Origin: Allosphingosinicella sp.
Lineage (GTDB): Bacteria > Pseudomonadota > Alphaproteobacteria > Sphingomonadales > Sphingomonadaceae
DNA: 64,000 bases
Assembly: GCA_036386295.1 (NCBI GenBank)
Contig: DASVVX010000006.1
Coordinates: forward strand, 1,431 to 65,430
Direction of reading: 5' to 3'
The position numbers and the translations under genes were made by a program. The notes beneath the pieces were generated by a model. That model was given only the letters and a program-made list of their open reading frames with translations, was not told the origin of the DNA and searched no databases. Positions within the stretch are counted from its first letter, which is position 1. Every line of letters begins with the position of its first letter. Positions 9,616 to 21,808 of the stretch are shown here, piece by piece.

Positions 9616-10947
9616 TCAGAGCGCCGCGCGAAGCCGGGCGATCGCCTCGCCGCGGCCGATCAGCGGCAGCAGGGCGGCCATCTCGGGCCCGCTCTCGCGC
9701 CCGGTGAGAGCCAGTCGAAGCGGCCTGAACAGCTCCTTGCCGGTCCGCCCGGTGCGCGCCTTGAGCCTCGCGACGAGCTGCGGCCATGGCGCCTGCGTCC
9801 AGTCCACCGCCGCCGCTTCCTCGGCGGCCGCCTCGATCAGCCCGCGGTCCTCCGCGGCCGCGCCGGTCTCGACATGGCCGTGGAGAATCTCCCACCAGCC
9901 GGCCGCCTCCCCGACCGTCTTGAGGTTCGGGCGGATCGCGGCCCAGTCTTCGGGACCCATTCCGGCCGGCAGCCGACCGGCCACGGCTTCGAAGGGCAAT
10001 AGATGGACGATGCGCGCGTTGAGCTGGGCCAGCTCGTCGAGGTCGAAGCGGGCCGGCGCCCGGCCGAACGTCGCGAAGTCGAAGGTCTCGATCAGCGGCC
10101 CCGGCTCGGTCACCGGCTCCACCGGCAGGCTGGTGCCGAGTCGGGCGAGCTTGGCGACCAGCGCGATCGGCTCGATCCCCTGCTCCCTAAGCGAGTCGGC
10201 GCCGAGCGACCCCAGCCGTTTCGACAGCTTGCCCTCCGAGCCGACGAGAAGCGCCTCGTGGGCGAAGGCCGGGGGCGGGGCGCCGAGCGCTTCGAACATC
10301 TGGATCTGAAGCGCGGTGTTGGTGACATGGTCCTCGCCGCGGAGGACGTGGGTGATGCCCATGTCGATGTCGTCGACGGTGCTCGGCAGCATGTAGAGCC
10401 AGCTTCCGTCCTCGCGCCGGACCACGGGGTCGGAGAGCAGCGCCGGGTCGAAATGCTGGCGGCCGCGGATGAGGTCGTCCCACTCGATCGGCGCACCGTG
10501 ATCGAGCCGGAAGCGCCAGTGGGGCCTGCGACCTTCCGCCTCGAGCCGCTTGCGCTCGGCCTCGCCCAGCCCGAGCGCGGCCCGGTCGTAGACGGGCGGC
10601 TTGCCGCGCGAGAGCTGCACCTTGCGCTTGAGGTCGAGCTCCTGCGCGGTCTCGTAGGCGGGATAGACCCGCCCCGCCTCGCGAAGCCGCCCGAGCGCCG
10701 CCTCGTAGCGGTCGAAGCGCGCGGACTGGCGATGCTCCTCGTCGGGATCGAGGCCCAGCCAGGCGAGATCCTCTCTTAAGCCCTGAACATGCGCCTCGCT
10801 CGACCGCTCGCGGTCGGTATCGTCGAGCCGCAAGATGAACCGGCCGCCCTGCTTCCTCGCCCACAGCCAGTTGTGGACGGCGGTGCGGATGTTGCCGACA
10901 TGGAGCCGTCCCGTCGGCGCGGGGGCGAAGCGGGTGACGACGGTCAT
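9616..10947 (-). CDS. gltX: Glutamate--tRNA ligase
   Basis: [30 protein letters not shown] and anticodon-binding domain. Confidence 0.95.
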   Translation of the reverse strand: MTVVTRFAPAPTGRLHVGNIRTAVHNWLWARKQGGRFILRLDDTDRERSSEAHVQGLREDLAWLGLDPDEEHRQSARFDRYEAALGRLREAGRVYPAYETAQELDLKRKVQLSRGKPPVYDRAALGLGEAERKRLEAEGRRPHWRFRLDHGAPIEWDDLIRGRQHFDPALLSDPVVRREDGSWLYMLPSTVDDIDMGITHVLRGEDHVTNTALQIQMFEALGAPPPAFAHEALLVGSEGKLSKRLGSLGADSLREQGIEPIALVAKLARLGTSLPVEPVTEPGPLIETFDFATFGRAPARFDLDELAQLNARIVHLLPFEAVAGRLPAGMGPEDWAAIRPNLKTVGEAAGWWEILHGHVETGAAAEDRGLIEAAAEEAAAVDWTQAPWPQLVARLKARTGRTGKELFRPLRLALTGRESGPEMAALLPLIGRGEAIARLRAAL

Positions 10948-11046
10948 CGGGGCGCTGTACGGCGCGAGGCGGGGACGGGCAACGCTTGCCATCCCGCCGC
11001 GTGCGCCTATGGAGTCGCGCCCAGGCGTACCCCCGGAGACTCTCCC

Positions 11047-11981
<935 letters not shown>

Positions 11982-11982
<1 letters not shown>

Positions 11983-12650
11983 TGGCGCGGGTCCTCGTCA
12001 CCGGCGCCAGGCGCGGCATCGGCCTCGAATTCGCCCGCCAGTACGCCGCCGCCGGCTGGGACGTCATCGCCACCGTCCGCGACCCCGGCAAGGCCGAGGA
12101 GCTCGCCGCCCTCGGAGTCCGGGTCGAGCCTCTCGACATGCGCGACTTCGCCGCTCTCGCCGCCTTCCCGGAACGGCTCGGCCGCGAACCGCTCGACCTT
12201 TTCATCGCCAATGCCGGTATCTCCCGCGCGAAGTGGATCCGCTCCCGGGAGGATGCGGAGGCGTGGCAGGAGGTGCACGCCGTCAACGCCGTCGCGCCGA
12301 CGCTCCTCGCCGAATCGCTGCTTGCGATGGTCGAGGCGGCCGGCGGCCGGATGGCGGCGATCAGCAGCCAGATGGGAAGCATCGCCGACAGCTCCGGCGG
12401 CTATATCGGCTACCGGGCCTCGAAGGCGGCGCTGAACGCCGCCTGGCGAGCGCTGGCGCTCGGCTGGAGCGGCCGCGACGTCACTTTGCTCCTGCTCCAC
12501 CCGGGCTGGGTGCAGACGGACATGGGAGGCCCCCAGGCGCCGCTTCCGGTGGAGGAGAGCGTCGCGGGAATGCGCCGGGTGATCGCCGGCCTTCCCCGCC
12601 GTGCATCCGGCGCCTTCGTCGATTATCGCGGCGCCGCCGTCCCCTGGTAG
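11982..12650 (+). CDS. Short-chain dehydrogenase/reductase (CsgA-like)
   Basis: TGARRGIG, NAG, YRASK and HPGWVQTDMGG motifs. Confidence 0.92.
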
Positions 12651-12659
12651 GACCGCGGC

Positions 12660-12929
12660 TCAGGCGGCGAGCTTGAGCGCCTCGCCGGATTCGTCGGGCC
12701 ATTCCGAGGCCGCCTCGACGGCGACCGGATCGGGGGCGAGCCAGCGCGACACGGCGACGATCGCCCCGAGCGCCGCATAGCCGCCGAACGCGCCCAGCGG
12801 GCTCCAGAACAGCACCGCCGCGAACAGGATACGCAGATAGAGCGGGTTGAAGCCGAAGTCCTGCGCGACCGCGAAGCAGAAGCCGAGCAGCGTGTCGTCG
12901 CGGACGAGGATCGATCGATAGGTCGCCAT
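12660..12929 (-). CDS. PspC-domain membrane protein
   Basis: LLGFC.AVAQDFGFNPLYLR motif; GGAG RBS before ATG 12929. Confidence 0.8.
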   Translation of the reverse strand: MATYRSILVRDDTLLGFCFAVAQDFGFNPLYLRILFAAVLFWSPLGAFGGYAALGAIVAVSRWLAPDPVAVEAASEWPDESGEALKLAA

Positions 12930-13073
12930 GATCATGCTCCATCGCTTCACAGGCCGCCGGGATCGGGGCGGCGAGCGGTTGGCTAGAACAGTTGCTTTTC
13001 GAAACTGTGTCGCGCTCCGGGCGAAATCGTTTCGATTGTGGCAGCGACGGAGCCGCGCTTCGCGGGTACAGGC

Positions 13074-13200
13074 TTGCGTTCGAAGGGCCTCGCCTCTATA
13101 CGCGCGCCTTCTTTCCAGCTTTGGAAGAAACGAACGGCCCGGCCGATAGGGCTGCCGTGGCCGTTCTCAAACGTCGCGCCGCTGGGCGCACAAGGAGACG
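13074..13200 (+). promoter_or_regulatory. Sigma70-like promoter and structured rpmI leader
   Basis: TTGCGT-N17-TATACG followed by three hairpins before the AAGGAG RBS. Confidence 0.6.
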
Positions 13201-13203
13201 AAA

Positions 13204-13407
13204 ATGCCCAAACTGAAGACCAAGAGCGGCGTCAAGAAGCGCTTCAAGCTCACCGCCAGCGGCAAGCTGAAGCACGGAGTCGCCGGCAAGCGCCACCGGC
13301 TGATCAGCCACAACGCCAAGTACATCCGCCAGAACCGCGGCACCGAAGTTCTCGCCAAGGCCGACACGGCCCGGGTGAAGCTCTGGGCGCCCTACGGCCT
13401 GAACTAG
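13204..13407 (+). CDS. rpmI: 50S ribosomal protein L35
   Basis: MPKLKTKSGVKKRFKLTASGK. Confidence 0.98.
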   Translation: MPKLKTKSGVKKRFKLTASGKLKHGVAGKRHRLISHNAKYIRQNRGTEVLAKADTARVKLWAPYGLN

Positions 13408-13420
13408 GAGTATTTGAGAC

Positions 13421-13798
13421 ATGGCACGCGTCAAAAGGGGCGTGACGACCAAGGCTCGTCACAAACGGATCCTCGAGCAGGCGAAGGGCTATTACGGCCG
13501 CCGCAAGAACACGATCCGCATCGCCAAGCAGGCCGTCGAGAAGGCCGGCCAATACGCCTATCGGGACCGCAAGGTGAAGAAGCGCTCGTTCCGGGCGCTC
13601 TGGATCCAGCGCATCAACGCCGCCGTCCGCCAGGAAGGCCTGACCTACGGCCAGTTCATGCACGGCCTCAAGCTCGCCGGAGTCGACCTCGACCGCAAGG
13701 TCCTCGCCGACATCGCGATGCACGAGGGCGAAGCCTTCAAGGGCATCGTCGCCCAGGCCCGCGGAGCGCTTCCCCAAGAAAGCCAGGCTTCGGCCTGA
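13421..13798 (+). CDS. rplT: 50S ribosomal protein L20
   Basis: MARVKRG; [22 protein letters not shown]. Confidence 0.98.
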   Translation: MARVKRGVTTKARHKRILEQAKGYYGRRKNTIRIAKQAVEKAGQYAYRDRKVKKRSFRALWIQRINAAVRQEGLTYGQFMHGLKLAGVDLDRKVLADIAMHEGEAFKGIVAQARGALPQESQASA

Positions 13799-13817
13799 CC
13801 TTCGGAGCTTTTCCAAC

Positions 13818-13858
13818 AAAAGGAGGTGCGGAGGGGAGACCCTGCCGCGCCTTTTTTT
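13818..13858 (+). terminator. Intrinsic terminator after rplT
   Basis: ggtgcgg-aggg-GAGA-ccct-g-ccgcgcc hairpin followed by a T7 tract. Confidence 0.85.
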
Positions 13859-13894
13859 GGGTGCCGTTAACGGGCTTATCAGTATCTCGCCCTC

Positions 13895-14374
13895 ATGCTC
13901 TTCCGAACCTCCCCGGGAGCTGAAATGCCTCCTCGTACGAACTTGCAGTACATGCTGAGGTGTCTTGGGGCGGTCGCGATGATCGTGCTCTCGGCCTGCC
14001 TGTTTCTGGGGAGTGTCAAGGTTTTGATCTTGGCCGCTCCACTGGTCCTCATCGGATTGGCACTGGCCGCGCCAGCGCTTGCAGCCATGCATCTCCTGGG
14101 CCGCGGTGCTCTGCTCCGATACCACCTGCTGGTTGGTGGATCGGTGGGCGTGCTGCTGCTTCTTATTCTGGCAAGTCTACTTTCGGGCCTTGAACCGGAT
14201 GCTGGCGCGCTGGGCGAGATAAACTGGGCAGGCTTTGCCATCTTAGCATGCCCTGCGGCGGCGTTTGGAGCGTGGAGCGGCTTCCTGTGGTGGAGTTTCT
14301 TCGCCGGTGGTGGGCGACTCAAGGGACTCTTCTCTTTCGAACGCCTCATGAAGTCCCACCCAAACGATTGGTAG
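13895..14374 (+). CDS. Hypothetical multi-TM membrane protein with atypical lower-GC codon usage
   Basis: About four hydrophobic segments; many A/T-ending codons; start uncertain (13895 or 13925). Confidence 0.6.
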   Translation: MLFRTSPGAEMPPRTNLQYMLRCLGAVAMIVLSACLFLGSVKVLILAAPLVLIGLALAAPALAAMHLLGRGALLRYHLLVGGSVGVLLLLILASLLSGLEPDAGALGEINWAGFAILACPAAAFGAWSGFLWWSFFAGGGRLKGLFSFERLMKSHPNDW

Positions 14375-14381
14375 CGACTGC

Positions 14382-14582
14382 TTAGTGCAGCGTCTCCGCC
14401 GCAATCGAGTAGCGCACAGTCGCGCGGCCGCTCTTTTCGGGGCAGCAGCTCAGCCGGGTCCATTCCGTTCTCGCGCGTCCCTCGTCGTCGAACGGGCCGG
14501 CCATCGTCTCCGTGCCGGGAATCAGGGCGCGGAAGTCGGGGCCCTCATATTCCCCCCCGATCACCCAGAATCTTTTGGTCAT
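14382..14582 (-). CDS. DUF4170-like small protein
   Basis: FWVIGGEY...F...GPF...A..W motif; directly downstream of aceA with GGAGA RBS. Confidence 0.8.
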   Translation of the reverse strand: MTKRFWVIGGEYEGPDFRALIPGTETMAGPFDDEGRARTEWTRLSCCPEKSGRATVRYSIAAETLH

Positions 14583-14593
14583 GTCGGGTCTCC

Positions 14594-15880
<1,287 letters not shown>

Positions 15881-15959
15881 AATCGCCTCGAATGTTGGTG
15901 ATCTCGCCCGGGCATGAAAGCGCAAGGCCGGACCGCGGGCGCGTCGAAAAGGGTCGCGC

Positions 15960-15998
15960 TGTCACGCCATGACTTGCGACACTTGTGAAGTTGTGACA
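15960..15998. promoter_or_regulatory. Candidate RamB/ScfR operator between aceA and its regulator
   Basis: Direct repeats TTGCGACA, TTGTGAAG and TTGTGACA plus an inverted TGTCAC. Confidence 0.5.
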
Positions 15999-16008
15999 GT
16001 TTCGAGCT

Positions 16009-17418
16009 ATGCCCGGGCCCGAACGAAAGCTCTATCTCGGCGGCCGCCTGAGGCGGCTCCGCCGGGAGCTCGGGCTGAACCAGAGCGCGATGGCGGGCGA
16101 GATCGGAGTCTCCCCCTCCTACCTCAACCATCTCGAGCGCAACCAGCGCCCGGTCACCGCCCAGGTGCTGCTCCGGCTCGCCGAGGTCTACGACGTCGAC
16201 CTTCGAGCCTTCGCCGCGGAGGGACCGGAGGCGACCGGAGTCGACCAGCTCGCCGAGATCTTCGCCGATCCGATGTTCGCCGACATCGGCATCCCGCGCT
16301 ACGAACTGCTCGAGGTCGCCGACAATGCGCCTTCGGTCGCCGACTCGATCTCGCGCCTCTACGCGGCCCTGGTCGAGCGGCGCCAGCACCCGGCCGGCGC
16401 GGTCCCGGACGAGACCTCGCTGGTCACGCCTGAAGCCTGGGTTCGCGACCATATCCAGGCCCAGCGCAACCATTTCCCCTATATCGAGGAGGCGGCGGAG
16501 ACCCTGGCCGGCGCGCTCGGCGATCCGACCGCCATCTTCGACGCGCTCCGGCGCCGGCTCCGCGAGGGTTTCGGAATCGACACCCGGCTGGTTCCCCCCG
16601 AGCTGGTCGAGCCGACCAGCCAGGCCTTCGACTTCCACCGCAAGCGCCTCATGCTCTCCGCTTTGCTGCGCGCGGAGAGCCGGACCTTCGGCGTCGCCTA
16701 CCAGCTCGCGCTGGTCGAGTTCGGGCCGATGCTGAACCGGATGGTCGAGACCGCCGGCGCCCCGGACGCGCCGACCCGCCGCCTGCTCCACATGAGCCTC
16801 GCCAATTACGCGGCGGGAGCGATCATGATGCCCTACGCGGCCTTCCTCGCCGCGGCCGAGCGCCACCGCTACGACGTCGACCGCCTCTGCGCCGATTTCG
16901 GCGCCAGCGTCGAGCAGGTCTCGCACCGCCTGACCACGCTGGCCCGAACCGGCGCCCGCGGAGTGCCCTTCTTCATGCTGAGGGTCGACGCCGCCGGCAA
17001 CATCTCGAAGCGCTTCGCCGGCGAGAGCTTTCCTTTCTCGCGCTTCGGCGGCACCTGCCCGCGCTGGAACCTCCACGCCGCCTTCCAGACGCCGGGCCGG
17101 GTCGCCACCCAGATCGTCGAGACCCCCGACGGGATGCGCTTCTTCACCCTCGCCCGGACCGTCGACCGCGCCGTCCGGCTCGACCCGCGCGAGAGCTCGC
17201 AGCTCGCCATCGGCCTCGGCTGCGACGTCAAATACGCCCCTCGGATCCTCTATTCCGACGGCCACGATCTGGCCAAGCCCTACGTCACCCCGATCGGCCC
17301 CGCCTGCACGCTGTGCCCGCGCCTGCGCTGCCCCCAGCGCGCCGCCGCCCCGGCCGGCCGCACCCTGGCGCTGAACGAGACCCAGAAGACGATCTCGCCT
17401 TATCCGTTCGTGGGGTGA
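16009..17418 (+). CDS. XRE-family short-chain fatty acyl-CoA regulator (RamB/ScfR type)
   Basis: N-terminal HTH (SPSYLNHLERNQRP), RVDAAGNISKR, GGTCP.W and C-terminal C..C.R..C.QR; divergent from aceA. Confidence 0.92.
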   Translation: MPGPERKLYLGGRLRRLRRELGLNQSAMAGEIGVSPSYLNHLERNQRPVTAQVLLRLAEVYDVDLRAFAAEGPEATGVDQLAEIFADPMFADIGIPRYELLEVADNAPSVADSISRLYAALVERRQHPAGAVPDETSLVTPEAWVRDHIQAQRNHFPYIEEAAETLAGALGDPTAIFDALRRRLREGFGIDTRLVPPELVEPTSQAFDFHRKRLMLSALLRAESRTFGVAYQLALVEFGPMLNRMVETAGAPDAPTRRLLHMSLANYAAGAIMMPYAAFLAAAERHRYDVDRLCADFGASVEQVSHRLTTLARTGARGVPFFMLRVDAAGNISKRFAGESFPFSRFGGTCPRWNLHAAFQTPGRVATQIVETPDGMRFFTLARTVDRAVRLDPRESSQLAIGLGCDVKYAPRILYSDGHDLAKPYVTPIGPACTLCPRLRCPQRAAAPAGRTLALNETQKTISPYPFVG

Positions 17419-17499
17419 GCGGAGCCGCCGGTTTCCGGAACCACCCGCGGCAATCTCGGGAATGGAAGGAAGCGCCCCGTTCGCGCTTTATCTTGCCGG

Positions 17500-19206
17500 A
17501 TGAGGCCGTATATTGCGTCGAATACGGTGGGGGGCGGGCCGTTGCGGCTGTTTCTTTTGTCGATTTTGGCGTTCGCGCTTGCCTGCTGCGCTACACGCGA
17601 AGTGGGAACGGTTCGAGGCCTCGGCCTCGCCGACCCGCCAGTGGACGAGGAAGGCAGCGCGAGCCGCGGCCCCTGTGTGCGGCCGAAGGTCGTTTTCGTC
17701 ACCATCGACGGCACGGCCGACACCCCGGTTGCCCGAACCGCCGCCGCGCGGCTGCATGAGATGGTTGAGGCCTATGCCTACACCGGGCCGGGAAGTCCGT
17801 TGGCCGTCTGGTACGCCGAAGGGGTTGGCAGCGTCGGTCACGACATCGCGGGGAAGGTGCTCGGCGTCGGCGTCAACGAGGACATCAAGAAGGCCTATGC
17901 CTTCCTCACGCGCGTCTGGCAGCCGTGCGACCGGCTGTTTCTCAACGGCTTCAGCCGAGGCGCCTACAGCATCCGGGCCCTCGGCGGCCTGCTGTACATG
18001 GCCGGCATACCGGACCTCAGCGGAATGTCCCAGCGCGAGCGCGACGCGATCGTCGATCGACTCTTCGATGCTTATAAGACCCGCACCGCCTATCCGGGCC
18101 CGGAGGGCCTTGCGAGGCGGCGCGCCCAGCGCATCGCGGCCGTCTACGCGCGCCTTCCCCGCAAGGTGTCGGCCGATCCCGACCGCAAGGCCGGATTCGG
18201 CCATCCCGGCACCAAGGTCGCGATCGAAGCGATCACCGTCTGGGACACCGTACATGCGATCGGCCTGCCGGACGGTTCGGAAGATCCCCTCGAAGGCCCG
18301 GCCTATTTCCTCCTTACGGCGTGCAACGCCAGGGCCATCTTCCAGCCGCTCGCCCTCGACGACAACCGCGCCTACAGCTTCACTCCGATCCTCGCCGGCG
18401 GCGACCAGGCCACTCAAGCCTGCCGGGGACGGCCCGACCGGCAAAACGTCAGCGAGACGATCGAGGAAGTGTGGTTCAGCGGCGCCCATGCCGATGTCGG
18501 CGGGACCTACAGCGCCGGCGCGATGCTCGACGGCGAGCTGGCGTCGGTAAGCCTCAATTGGGTGCTCGACCGGCTGCGCAGCCCGAAATGTCCCGGCTGC
18601 GGAGAGGCACTTGCGTTGCCGGCGAAGCTGAGAGTCCCGGAAAACCGCCTGACCGCCGTTCACGACGGGAAGCGGACCAGCATCGGTTACCGCAAGCTCT
18701 ACCTCCAGTCGCGCAAGCCCTCCGTCTATTGGTACAGGGTTTATGGCCCGGGAAAACCCGTCGCCGTTCACGCCAGCGTCTTCCAGCGATTCGACCACCT
18801 CTTCCAACTGGATCGTCGCACGGCCGGCTGCAGGGGCACCCTCGCTCCCGGCAAGCCGGTGCTCTGCGCCCGGCAAATCGCTTCGCACGGCCTGATACCC
18901 GAGCTGCTCAAGGGGATCCCCGATCCGCTGGACGGGCGCGAACGCCCATGCCTTGAAGTCTCCGACTGGGGCTATCGGCTCAAGGCAGATCAAAAATGCG
19001 TCGATCCGGTCGGCGACTCCGCGGAATCGGAGCCGGCCAAGGCCCCTGCCTGCCCGGACACCGGCCAATCGTTCGACGGGATGGTGTACACGGGCCATAT
19101 CAAAGACGCCGCCGAGTCTCTCGCCCACGACAAGTTCGTCACGCGTGAACCTTTTGCCATCCTTTATCCGCGGTGCGAGACAGCGGAAGCATCGCCCCCG
19201 CGCTAG
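17500..19206 (+). CDS. DUF2235 (Tle1-like alpha/beta hydrolase) domain protein, probably exported, Cys-rich
   Basis: IDGT, Y.EGVG, GFSRGA, VWDTV and EVWFSGAHADVGG motifs; hydrophobic N-terminus ending LACC; start uncertain. Confidence 0.85.
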   Translation: MRPYIASNTVGGGPLRLFLLSILAFALACCATREVGTVRGLGLADPPVDEEGSASRGPCVRPKVVFVTIDGTADTPVARTAAARLHEMVEAYAYTGPGSPLAVWYAEGVGSVGHDIAGKVLGVGVNEDIKKAYAFLTRVWQPCDRLFLNGFSRGAYSIRALGGLLYMAGIPDLSGMSQRERDAIVDRLFDAYKTRTAYPGPEGLARRRAQRIAAVYARLPRKVSADPDRKAGFGHPGTKVAIEAITVWDTVHAIGLPDGSEDPLEGPAYFLLTACNARAIFQPLALDDNRAYSFTPILAGGDQATQACRGRPDRQNVSETIEEVWFSGAHADVGGTYSAGAMLDGELASVSLNWVLDRLRSPKCPGCGEALALPAKLRVPENRLTAVHDGKRTSIGYRKLYLQSRKPSVYWYRVYGPGKPVAVHASVFQRFDHLFQLDRRTAGCRGTLAPGKPVLCARQIASHGLIPELLKGIPDPLDGRERPCLEVSDWGYRLKADQKCVDPVGDSAESEPAKAPACPDTGQSFDGMVYTGHIKDAAESLAHDKFVTREPFAILYPRCETAEASPPR

Positions 19207-19305
19207 CGGCCCCAGCCCGAGGCGGCTCCAGTCCTCGGAAGAGATCTCGCCTTACCCGTTCCTCGGGCAAGCTTCGGCGAGGGCCTTAAGCGGCGGTCGG
19301 CGGAC

Positions 19306-19779
19306 TCAGGCCTCGAGCCGTTTTTCCATGGCGAAATAGTGGATGGCGACGCCGCCGAGGGTGAAATCGCGGCGCCGGAGAAGGCGGAAGCCCTTGCGAA
19401 GGAAGAAACGCCGGGCCGGCTCGCTCGCTTCGACGTGGAGGCGGCCGATGCCGCTTTCCCTCGCCGCCGCTTCCAGCCGGTCGTAGAGGGCGGAGGCGAC
19501 GCCGGTCCCGGCGACGTCGGGCCGGCAGTAGAGATGGTCGATATGGCCGTCCCTCTCGACGTCGCCATAGGCGAGCGGCCGGTCGGACTCGTCCGCCGCC
19601 ACCAGCAGGATCCGGCCGTCCGAGCCGCGGTCGACAAAGCGCTGCGCCTCCGCCACGGCGGGCGCCCAGGCGTTGACCTGCTCGGTCGAGTAGTGAAGCG
19701 CCGCGACCTGGTGGACGGCGGCGTGGAAGATCCGGGCGAGCGCGGGGGCGTCCTCGGGTCGAAACGGACGGATGGGCAT
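19306..19779 (-). CDS. GNAT N-acetyltransferase (YafP-like)
   Basis: GHIDHLYC.P..AGTGVAS.LY and VEASEPARRFF..KGF motifs. Confidence 0.9.
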   Translation of the reverse strand: MPIRPFRPEDAPALARIFHAAVHQVAALHYSTEQVNAWAPAVAEAQRFVDRGSDGRILLVAADESDRPLAYGDVERDGHIDHLYCRPDVAGTGVASALYDRLEAAARESGIGRLHVEASEPARRFFLRKGFRLLRRRDFTLGGVAIHYFAMEKRLEA

Positions 19780-19934
19780 GGGCGACTGGCTAGGGCGGCC
19801 GCCGTCGCGGCGCAATGAGTCGGGACTGCGTGCGCTCCCGCCCGCTGGACAAGGGAAAGCCATTGCAACATGATCGGCGCTTCCCAGGCGTCCTCCCGCG
19901 CGGAGCCGCTCCAGCTTCGAGGGCCCGTGACGCC

Positions 19935-20525
19935 ATGAGACCATTCGCCATCGCCGCCGCCGCGGCCCTGCTTGCCGTCCAGCCTGGACCCGGCCTCGCG
20001 CAGCCGCCCGGAGCCCCTCCGAGCGAGGCGCTGGTCGAGCGCCTCATCGCCGTCCTTCCCGACGCGGCGCAGCTCGACTCGGGCGGCGCCGAAGTGGACC
20101 CCGCCGAGCTCGGCGCCCTCGTCGCGCTCAATCCCGGCAAGGAGGCGCAGGTGCGCTCGATCCTCGAGGCCAACCTCGCCTGCTCGGGCGAGGCGATCTC
20201 GGCCGGGACCCGGCGCATGCTTCGGACCGTCGCCGGCGACCTGGGGGAAGCCAGGGTCAAGCGGCTGGTCGATTTCTACCAGGGACCGGATTACGCCGCC
20301 TTCGAGGCGCTCGGCACCCGGATGAGCGCGACTCCGACCCCCAGCGCCGAGGACCGGGCGGCGATGGCCAAGCTGATGGAGGCCTATCCGCTCCAGGCCT
20401 GGCTCGACGGGCTGAACCGGGCCCAGGAGATCATCGCCGCCGACGAGGGCTTCCTCGGCGCCGCGATGAAATGCGCCGAGCAGCAGATGAACGCGCTCGA
20501 GTCCGCCGGGCTCAAGTCGCATTAG
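19935..20525 (+). CDS. Secreted hypothetical protein
   Basis: Signal peptide (AIAAAAALLAVQPGPGLAQ); host-like codons; two Cys. Confidence 0.75.
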   Translation: MRPFAIAAAAALLAVQPGPGLAQPPGAPPSEALVERLIAVLPDAAQLDSGGAEVDPAELGALVALNPGKEAQVRSILEANLACSGEAISAGTRRMLRTVAGDLGEARVKRLVDFYQGPDYAAFEALGTRMSATPTPSAEDRAAMAKLMEAYPLQAWLDGLNRAQEIIAADEGFLGAAMKCAEQQMNALESAGLKSH

Positions 20526-20538
20526 GCAGGCACCGAGA

Positions 20539-20663
20539 AATTCCTCCCCTGCCCTTGCAGGGGAGGGGACCGCGCGAAGCGCGGTGGAGGGGCCTGCGTT
20601 TCGTAGAACCCCTCCACCGGGCTTCGCCCGGTCCCCCTCCCCGAGAAATCTCGGGGAGGAATT
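20539..20663. repeat. CCCTC-type palindromic element (family D)
   Basis: aattcctcccc...ggggaggggacc..ggtggagggg / cccctccacc..ggtccccctcccc...ggggaggaatt. Confidence 0.9.
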
Positions 20664-21597
20664 AGAGCGGCCGGGGGACTCTCGGCCTCCCGGTCTCGCA
20701 CTCCAGCGCGGGGCGGTCCCACTCCGCGAGATTGGCCGCGGCCAGGTAGCTGCTCTCGAGAAAGGCCATTAGCGCCTTGTCCGGATCGTCCGCCGACCGA
20801 ACCGCCTCGTAGGGGAGGACGAACTCGCCGAGCGCCTCGTCCCAACGCGCCGCCTTCGGCCCGACCGGCGCCCGGGCGAAGCCCTCCGGCGAGGGATAAG
20901 CGTAGGAATAGAAGAAGGGATCGCCGCCGCCCGCCGCTCCGCCGGGCCAGAAGCCGGCGCTCGAGACTTCGTGGCTGTAGGCCTCGCGGGTGACGGCGTC
21001 GGGCAGGTTGGGGATTCCGCCGGGGTGGAGCGGCGCGGGGCGGCCCGAGAAGCGGGTGACGGCCAGATCGAAGCTGCCCCAGAAGAAATGGACCGGGCTC
21101 GCCTTGCCGAGGAAGCCCGAACGGAACAGGTTGAGGACCCGGTCGGCGCCGACCAGGGCCTCAAGCAGGCGGCCGGCGCTGTCGCGGTCGTAGGCGCGCG
21201 GCGCCTCGTCGACGGCGAAGGGGATGGCGGGATCGATCTCGTTGGGCGAGGGATGGATCCGGACCTGGTGCCCGGCGGCCTCGAGCAGCCCCGTCACCTC
21301 GGCGTGGAACTGGGCGACCGTCATCGGGCCGAGCGGCACCCGGCGCTCCCCGGCGGAGTCGGCGAAGAGGAAGTCGTGGGCGGCAAGGTCGAGGCCGAGC
21401 TCGAACGTCCCGCCCGGCCCGTGCAGCGGCTCGGTCCTCAGCCCGCGCGGGCAGACCCGGAGGGTGACGTGCCAGCCGTGGTTGCGCCAGGGCAGGAGCG
21501 CGACGGCCGCCTTGCCGAGGATCTGGCTGTAGAGGTGGAGCGCGGCGACGGTCGGGCCGTCGCGGGCTTCGGAGAGTTCGGGCCAGGCATTCCGCAT
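20662..21597 (-). CDS. DUF5996-family protein
   Basis: W.NHGWHV, FLGKASPVHFFWGSFDLAVTRFSGR and EAYSHEVSSAGFWPG motifs. Confidence 0.85.
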   Translation of the reverse strand: MRNAWPELSEARDGPTVAALHLYSQILGKAAVALLPWRNHGWHVTLRVCPRGLRTEPLHGPGGTFELGLDLAAHDFLFADSAGERRVPLGPMTVAQFHAEVTGLLEAAGHQVRIHPSPNEIDPAIPFAVDEAPRAYDRDSAGRLLEALVGADRVLNLFRSGFLGKASPVHFFWGSFDLAVTRFSGRPAPLHPGGIPNLPDAVTREAYSHEVSSAGFWPGGAAGGGDPFFYSYAYPSPEGFARAPVGPKAARWDEALGEFVLPYEAVRSADDPDKALMAFLESSYLAAANLAEWDRPALECETGRPRVPRPL

Positions 21598-21653
21598 TTC
21601 CGCTTTGCCTCTGCAGCTTCTTAAGTAGCCCATATTTGGCTAGGATCGTGGTT

Positions 21654-21797
21654 ATGGCAACGGACACTCCCAATCGTCCCAGAGAGCCGGCACCCGTGGA
21701 TGACCGTTTGAAACACGCTGTCGAACGTCAGAAGGAGCTCCGCCGCCTGCGCGGAATCGGATGGGTCGGCGATCTCGACGCGATGCGAGCGGACTAG
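21654..21797 (+). CDS. 47-aa ORF resembling the C-terminal half of a VapB-type antitoxin (not in the ORF track)
   Basis: Hand translation [47 protein letters not shown]; the LRG..W.GDLD.MR tail is typical of VapB antitoxins; AGGA upstream. Confidence 0.65.
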   Translation: MATDTPNRPREPAPVDDRLKHAVERQKELRRLRGIGWVGDLDAMRAD

Positions 21798-21808
21798 CAC
21801 AAACCGGC

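Noticed and set aside
10915-10935. RFAPAPTG instead of RFAPSPTG in GluRS as a sign of inactivity
   Set aside because: A single conservative substitution; the HVGN, RGEDH and KLSKR motifs and the full length are intact.
12980-12997. Sigma54 promoter for the PspC-domain gene (TGGCTA...TTGC)
   Set aside because: Spacing is GG-N11-GC rather than N10, and it is on the wrong strand.
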